From an uncultured Chloroflexia bacterium (GTDB lineage Bacteria > Chloroflexota > Limnocylindria > Limnocylindrales > CSP1-4): a DNA stretch of 64,000 nucleotides. The stretch is from the NCBI GenBank assembly GCA_963746845.1, contig CAVVCZ010000004.1, positions 1,312,001-1,376,000 on the forward strand. The letters are read 5' to 3'. Positions 59,280 to 64,000 of the stretch are shown here, piece by piece. Position 1 is the stretch's first letter. Each line of letters begins with the position of its first letter. Below the pieces are notes generated by a model. It saw only the letters and a program-made list of their open reading frames with translations. It had not been told where the DNA came from and did not search any database. Position numbers and translations under genes: made by a program.

Positions 59280-59951
59280 ATGGAGGTCCGCACCGTCGAA
59301 GGGTTCCTGCCAAGCGTCCACGGGTTCCACTTCGCGAACGCCTGGCCGCACGGCCCGACGGTCCGGTTCGGGCCGTTCGACCCGCGGATCGTGGGCGTGG
59401 GCGATGCCGCGGACGGCCTGTGCGGCGGGATGGTCTACGCGACCGCCGACCTGTTCCTCGCCGGGGTGCCGGTGCCGGCGGATCGGGAGCCGTTCCCGAA
59501 CGGATCGCCCCGGTTCAAGGCGATCGTCCGGCGCCAGGTCGAGTCCCTGGCATGGCTCACGGTCCCCGTCCGGTACTGGCTCCGCTCGGCCGTCGGTGGC
59601 CGGTTCGGCGGCGATCGCGCGCGATCCACGGTCGATCACGAATGGCCGATCGCGAAGCGCCAGCTGGATGCCGGGCACCTGGTCCTGATCGGGCTGATCC
59701 GGGTGTCGTCGGTGGATCCGCGTGCATTGACGTTGAACCACCAGGTGATGGCCTTTGGCTACGCTGAGGACGGGCGGGGGGTGACCCTGAACCTGTACGA
59801 CCCGAACTGGCCCGACCGCGACGACGTGACGATCACGATCCACCTCGACCCGGCGTTCCGCCCGACCGGGATGAGCCAGTCGACCGGCGAGCCGCTCCTC
59901 GGCTGGTTCGTCCTCCCCTACTCGCCGGCCGAGCCCCGCGCCTGGCGCTGA
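59280..59951 (+). CDS. Hypothetical protein with a papain-like Cys-His-Asp signature
   Basis: GFHFAN, GLCGGM, NHQVMAFGY, LYDPNWP. Confidence 0.75.
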   Translation: MEVRTVEGFLPSVHGFHFANAWPHGPTVRFGPFDPRIVGVGDAADGLCGGMVYATADLFLAGVPVPADREPFPNGSPRFKAIVRRQVESLAWLTVPVRYWLRSAVGGRFGGDRARSTVDHEWPIAKRQLDAGHLVLIGLIRVSSVDPRALTLNHQVMAFGYAEDGRGVTLNLYDPNWPDRDDVTITIHLDPAFRPTGMSQSTGEPLLGWFVLPYSPAEPRAWR

Positions 59952-59982
59952 CCGGGGCGCGCGTCGCGCTCGGCAGCGACCC

Positions 59983-62757
59983 TTATGTCAGCGGCGGCAG
60001 CTCCTGGGCGTCGGTCTGGGCCGGGGCGAACAGGTCGCCGACCCGCTCCACCCGCTCGACGATCGTCCGGATCGTCCACCGATCGGGCCGCAACTCCGGG
60101 TCGTCGAGCTCGTCCCACGCGATCGGCGCCGATACCGGCGCCCCGTCGGCGGGCCGGACGGCGTACGGGGAGACAAGCGTCTTGATCGGCTGGTTCTGGG
60201 TGTAGTCGAGACGCGCCTTGCCGCCCCGGGCGCCCTTGGCCCACTCCCACGACACGAGGTCCGGGACGGTCGCGCCGATCGCCCGGCTCAGCCCCTCGAC
60301 CCAGTCGCTGGTGTCGCCGAACGTGTACCTGGGCTCGATCGGGATCCAGACCTGGATGCCGCGCTTGCCGGTGGTCTTCGGGTAGCCCCGGACGCCGAGA
60401 TGCTCGAGCGCGGTCCGGTACAGCCGCGCGAGGACGAGGGTCTCCTCGAGCGTCGTCTTCGTCCCCGGGTCGATGTCGATCAGGGCGAACGTCGGCCGGA
60501 ACGGCTCCTCGAGGCGGGCGGTCCAGGCGTGGACCTCGAACGCGGCCTGGTTGCCCAGCCAGCACATCGTCGCGACGCGGTCCGCGATGAGGTGCTCGTT
60601 CGCCTCACGATCGTCGACGCCGACCTCGCGCCAGCGGCGGAGCCAGCCGGGCGCCGACGCCGGGATGTCCTTCTGCCAGAAGCTGGGGCCGTGGGCTCCG
60701 TTCGGGAAGCGCTGGAGATTGAGCGGGCGCTCGGCGAGGTGCGGGAGCATCGTCGGGGCGATGCGGGCGAAGTACCGGATCAGGTCGCGCTTCGTGACCG
60801 CGCCATCCACGGGATCCGCCGGGTCCGGCCCGAACAGGACCTTGTCGAGGTTCGTGAGCTTCAGGTCCTCGCCGCGCTCACCGCCGACATGCCACGTGCC
60901 CTCGCCGGGCATCGCGGCGAGCCGCTCCAGCTCGTCGGGCGTCGCGGTCCACGGGAGGCCGCCCGGCCCGGCGCTCGACGTCGACGAGGCGGCGCGGCGC
61001 TTCGCGGGCGTCTTCGGCATGGGGCCATCGTCGCGCGGATCGGCCGGCGGCGCCTCCGCCGCGGCCTCCGCGACCGCACGCGCCGACGAGACGGCGTCCT
61101 CCCGGACGACGAGCCGCGGGTCCCGCCCCTCCTCGATCCCCTTGAACGAGGTCTGGCGGACATGGCCATCCCGGGTCCAGCCGCCGAGCTCGGCGCGGAT
61201 CACGAGCTCCGGCCGAATCCAGGTGATGCCGCCGAGGTCGCCGCCCCAGCGTCCGCGGTAGTCGCGCGGCGGCGGCGGGTCGAACGGCGGCGCGTCGGCG
61301 GCGAGTGGCGCCATCGCGGCGAGCAGCCGCTTCCGGGTCGTCGCGGTGAACCCCGATCCGACCTTGCCGGCGAACCGCAGCTTCCCGTCCTCATACACGC
61401 CGACGGCCACGGCGCCCAGGTCCCGGGCGTTGCCCTCGCCCGGCGTCCAGCCGCCGACGACGAGCTCCTGCTCCGGCCGGATCTTCAGCTTCAGCCAGGC
61501 GGGCGTCCGCCGGCCCGGCTCGTACCGGGATCGCCGGAGCTTCGCGACGATCCCCTCGAGGCCGTTCTGCCGGGCCGCCTCCATGAACGCCTCACCCTCG
61601 CCGACGACGTGGGCCGCGAACCGGACCCGCGGCGTCTCCCGGAGGACCGACCGGAGCAGCCGCTTGCGGTCCTCGAGCGGGACGTTGAGCAGCGAGCGAC
61701 CGTCGAGGTGGAGGAGGTCGAACACCTGGTAGACGAGCGGACCGACCGGCGCCTGGCCCGCCGGGCCGGCACCATCGCCCCGCCCCGATCCGGCCCGGCG
61801 CTCGCTGATCCGCTCCTGGAGCAGGGAGAAGTCCGGCCGGCCCTCCTCGTCGAGGGCGACGACCTCGCCGTCGACGATCGCCTCCTTGGCGTCGATCCAC
61901 GTCGGCGGAGTCAGGAGCTTCGGGAAGTACGTCTCGGCGTCCTTCAGGTTCCGGGTCCAGAGCTTGACCTTGCCGTCGCGGACGACCGCCTCGACCCGGT
62001 ACCCGTCCCACTTGATCTCGTACAGCCAGTCGGGATCGCTGAACGCCTTGCCGGCGAGCGTCGCCGCCATCGGCTCGATCCGGTCGGGCATCGACGTCTC
62101 GCGGGCCCCCGCCAGGTCGATCCCGGCCACGGCCGCGGGCTGCTCGCTCACCCACAGTGCGTCGCGGTTCGCCTGGACTTCGTCGTTCGTGCGGCCGGTC
62201 TTGACGCTCTGCGGGTGATCCTCGGCGTCCCAGCCGGCCGCCGCGTCGGCGTCGCGCTTCTTGATCAGGAGCCACTGCTCGCTGTCATCCTCGAAGGCGG
62301 TGGAGGGAGCGCTGCCCGGTCGGCGGCTCGTCCGGACGATCGTGAACCGGCCGCGGACCTTCGTCCCGTGGAGGACGAACTTCAGCTCGCCGTTCTCGAC
62401 CGCGGCCCGCGGGTCGGGGGTCTCCGCCTCCGGCTCCCAGGTCCCCCAGTCCCAGACGATCACATCGCCGGCGCCGTACTGCTTCCGCGGGATCACGCCC
62501 TCGAAATCGAAGTACTCGATCGGGTGGTCCTCGACGTGGACGGCCATGCGGCGGACCGTCGAGTCGAGGGTCAGGCCCTTCGGCACAGCCCAGCTGACGA
62601 GGACCCCCTCGATCTCGAGCCGGAAGTCGTAGTGGAGCCGGGTTGCGCGATGGCGCTGGATGACGAACCGGCCCGTACCGGTGGGCGGCGCCGTCGCCCC
62701 GGCGGGCTCGGGCGTCTGGTTGAAGTCGCGCTTGGCGCGATAGTGCTCGAGCGGCAT
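59983..62757 (-). CDS. ligD: NHEJ DNA ligase D (phosphoesterase-ligase-polymerase)
   Basis: YRAKRDFNQTPEP, HYDFRLE, YEIKWDGYR (KxDG), LEGIVAK, WLKLK, LTNLDKV, DIDPG, KTTGKRG, LDYTQN. Confidence 0.96.
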   Translation of the reverse strand: MPLEHYRAKRDFNQTPEPAGATAPPTGTGRFVIQRHRATRLHYDFRLEIEGVLVSWAVPKGLTLDSTVRRMAVHVEDHPIEYFDFEGVIPRKQYGAGDVIVWDWGTWEPEAETPDPRAAVENGELKFVLHGTKVRGRFTIVRTSRRPGSAPSTAFEDDSEQWLLIKKRDADAAAGWDAEDHPQSVKTGRTNDEVQANRDALWVSEQPAAVAGIDLAGARETSMPDRIEPMAATLAGKAFSDPDWLYEIKWDGYRVEAVVRDGKVKLWTRNLKDAETYFPKLLTPPTWIDAKEAIVDGEVVALDEEGRPDFSLLQERISERRAGSGRGDGAGPAGQAPVGPLVYQVFDLLHLDGRSLLNVPLEDRKRLLRSVLRETPRVRFAAHVVGEGEAFMEAARQNGLEGIVAKLRRSRYEPGRRTPAWLKLKIRPEQELVVGGWTPGEGNARDLGAVAVGVYEDGKLRFAGKVGSGFTATTRKRLLAAMAPLAADAPPFDPPPPRDYRGRWGGDLGGITWIRPELVIRAELGGWTRDGHVRQTSFKGIEEGRDPRLVVREDAVSSARAVAEAAAEAPPADPRDDGPMPKTPAKRRAASSTSSAGPGGLPWTATPDELERLAAMPGEGTWHVGGERGEDLKLTNLDKVLFGPDPADPVDGAVTKRDLIRYFARIAPTMLPHLAERPLNLQRFPNGAHGPSFWQKDIPASAPGWLRRWREVGVDDREANEHLIADRVATMCWLGNQAAFEVHAWTARLEEPFRPTFALIDIDPGTKTTLEETLVLARLYRTALEHLGVRGYPKTTGKRGIQVWIPIEPRYTFGDTSDWVEGLSRAIGATVPDLVSWEWAKGARGGKARLDYTQNQPIKTLVSPYAVRPADGAPVSAPIAWDELDDPELRPDRWTIRTIVERVERVGDLFAPAQTDAQELPPLT

Positions 62758-62788
62758 CGCGCCGGTCGCTCTCCCGCGGTCGCGGTCG

Positions 62789-63736
62789 TCAGGCGGTCTT
62801 GCGCTTCCGCTTCGCCGGGGCGGCGGTCTCGGCGTCGGCCTCGTCGTCCGCGGTCGAGCGCTTGCCACGGCTCGCGGGCGTGGCCGGCTCGGCCTTGTCC
62901 GCGCGGGCCTTCTTTGCCTCGGCGACGCTGACCGGCTTCTCGCCGGCGCGGGCGGCCTTGGCTGCGTTCACGGACGCCTCGAGGGCGGCCATCAGGTCGA
63001 CGAGCTTGCCGGTCTCTTCGGCCGGCTCGGGCGCCTTGACCTCGTGGCCCTCGATCTTCGACTCGATGACCTGCATCAGCGCGTCGCGGTACTCGTCCTT
63101 GTACTCCGCGGGGTCGAACGCGCCGGTCATCGCCGACACGAGCTGGCGCGCCATCGCGATCTCGGCGGGCTTGAACTCGTACTCCTCGTCGGGCAGGTCG
63201 AGCTCCTTGGTCGAGCGGACCTCGTCGGGCCAGTGGAGCGTCGTGAGGAGCATCGTGTCGCCGAACGGATCGAGCGAGGCGAGCGCCTCGCGGTCCTTGA
63301 TCACGACCTTGCAGATCGCGGTCAGGCCTTCCTCCTGGAGGACGGAGCGGAGGAGGTAGAACGGCTTCCGGCCGATCTTGTCGGGCTCGATGTAGTAGGC
63401 CTGCTTGACGAAGCGCGTGTTCGAGTCGTCCGTGTCGGCCTTCGTGAACTGCTCGATCTCGATCGATCGGACCGTCTTCAGCGGGACCTTCTCGAGGTCC
63501 TCGTCCGTGATGACGACGTATTCACCGGGCGAGTACTCGTAGCCCTTGACGGTGTCGGCACGCGAGATCGGCTCGTCCTCGACCGGACACCACGTCTTCA
63601 TCTGGATCCGCGACAGGTCCTTCTCATGGAGCATGTTGAAGCGGATCGTGTAGTCGGATTCGGTCGCCAGGTAGAGCTTGACCGGAATGGTCACCAGCCC
63701 GAACTGGATGGCCCCCTTCCACATCGCGCGCGCCAC
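62789..63736 (-). CDS. ku: NHEJ DNA end-binding protein Ku
   Basis: RAMWKGAIQFGLVTIPVKLY, VKGYEY, DEYRD, VDLMAALEAS, basic tail. Confidence 0.96.
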   Translation of the reverse strand: MARAMWKGAIQFGLVTIPVKLYLATESDYTIRFNMLHEKDLSRIQMKTWCPVEDEPISRADTVKGYEYSPGEYVVITDEDLEKVPLKTVRSIEIEQFTKADTDDSNTRFVKQAYYIEPDKIGRKPFYLLRSVLQEEGLTAICKVVIKDREALASLDPFGDTMLLTTLHWPDEVRSTKELDLPDEEYEFKPAEIAMARQLVSAMTGAFDPAEYKDEYRDALMQVIESKIEGHEVKAPEPAEETGKLVDLMAALEASVNAAKAARAGEKPVSVAEAKKARADKAEPATPASRGKRSTADDEADAETAAPAKRKRKTA

Positions 63737-63850
63737 GGGCAGGTCCTCGTACGGTCCATCGAACCGGATCGACCCTCGTGCGGGCACGACCGGTTCCGCA
63801 TGATATCGCGCCCCTGCAACCCGACCGCCTCACACGGACGGGCCGCGGCA

Positions 63851-64000
63851 TCAACGGAGGATGACGAACCCGTCGACGTCGACTCGGCCGTTGCCGGTCA
63901 GGCGCAGCTCGATCGTATGGGTGCCGAGCGTGGGGAAGAGCGTTGCGAACTTGATCAGCCGGCTCTTGCCCGACGACGCCTTGAAGCTGACCGTGGCGCG
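63851..64000 (-). CDS. C-terminal fragment of a gene starting beyond the window (beta-rich module)
   Basis: Frame open from 64000 ...GTHTIELRLTGNGRVDVDGFVILR, stop at 63851. Confidence 0.65.
   Translation of the reverse strand, partial: RATVSFKASSGKSRLIKFATLFPTLGTHTIELRLTGNGRVDVDGFVILR

Noticed and set aside
1-64000. Numerous long antisense or overlapping ORFs in the ORF track; tRNA, rRNA, IS or integrase
   Set aside because: Shadow ORFs are Arg/Pro/Gly-rich artefacts of GC3 bias. No RNA gene, transposase or integrase signature was recognised by eye.

Overview
Very GC-rich, gene-dense bacterial chromosomal window with about 57 CDS. I found no rRNA, tRNA, CRISPR array or intact mobile element. 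Gene content and style suggest a Chloroflexota- or Actinomycetota-like soil or sediment organism (inference only). Main blocks are: CoA/pantothenate genes (coaBC, panB, panC); gdhA, degV, GGT and azlCD; a cyanophycin locus (cphB-cphA-serine hydrolase) facing an unusual CphA paralog that has N and Mur-ligase domains but no ATP-grasp domain; lhr-nei; an HDAC/AcuC deacetylase apparently fused to a GNAT; a complete PTS-dependent dihydroxyacetone kinase operon (dhaM-HPr-MIP-dhaK-dhaL-EI); a Phd/VapC toxin-antitoxin pair; a DUF2075-like nuclease-helicase; two putative cysteine-protease-fold proteins; and ku-ligD. The dha operon sits divergent to a second, apparently non-catalytic DhaL that overlaps a soluble GAF-PAS histidine kinase gene followed by an OmpR-family regulator. 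The best novelty candidates are (1) the pseudo-DhaL plus two-component dihydroxyacetone-sensing module, (2) the G-domain-less cyanophycin synthetase paralog and (3) the deacetylase-acetyltransferase fusion. Six single frameshifts in five otherwise intact genes are most likely long-read indel errors. Many genes look leaderless, and several appear to start at CTG.
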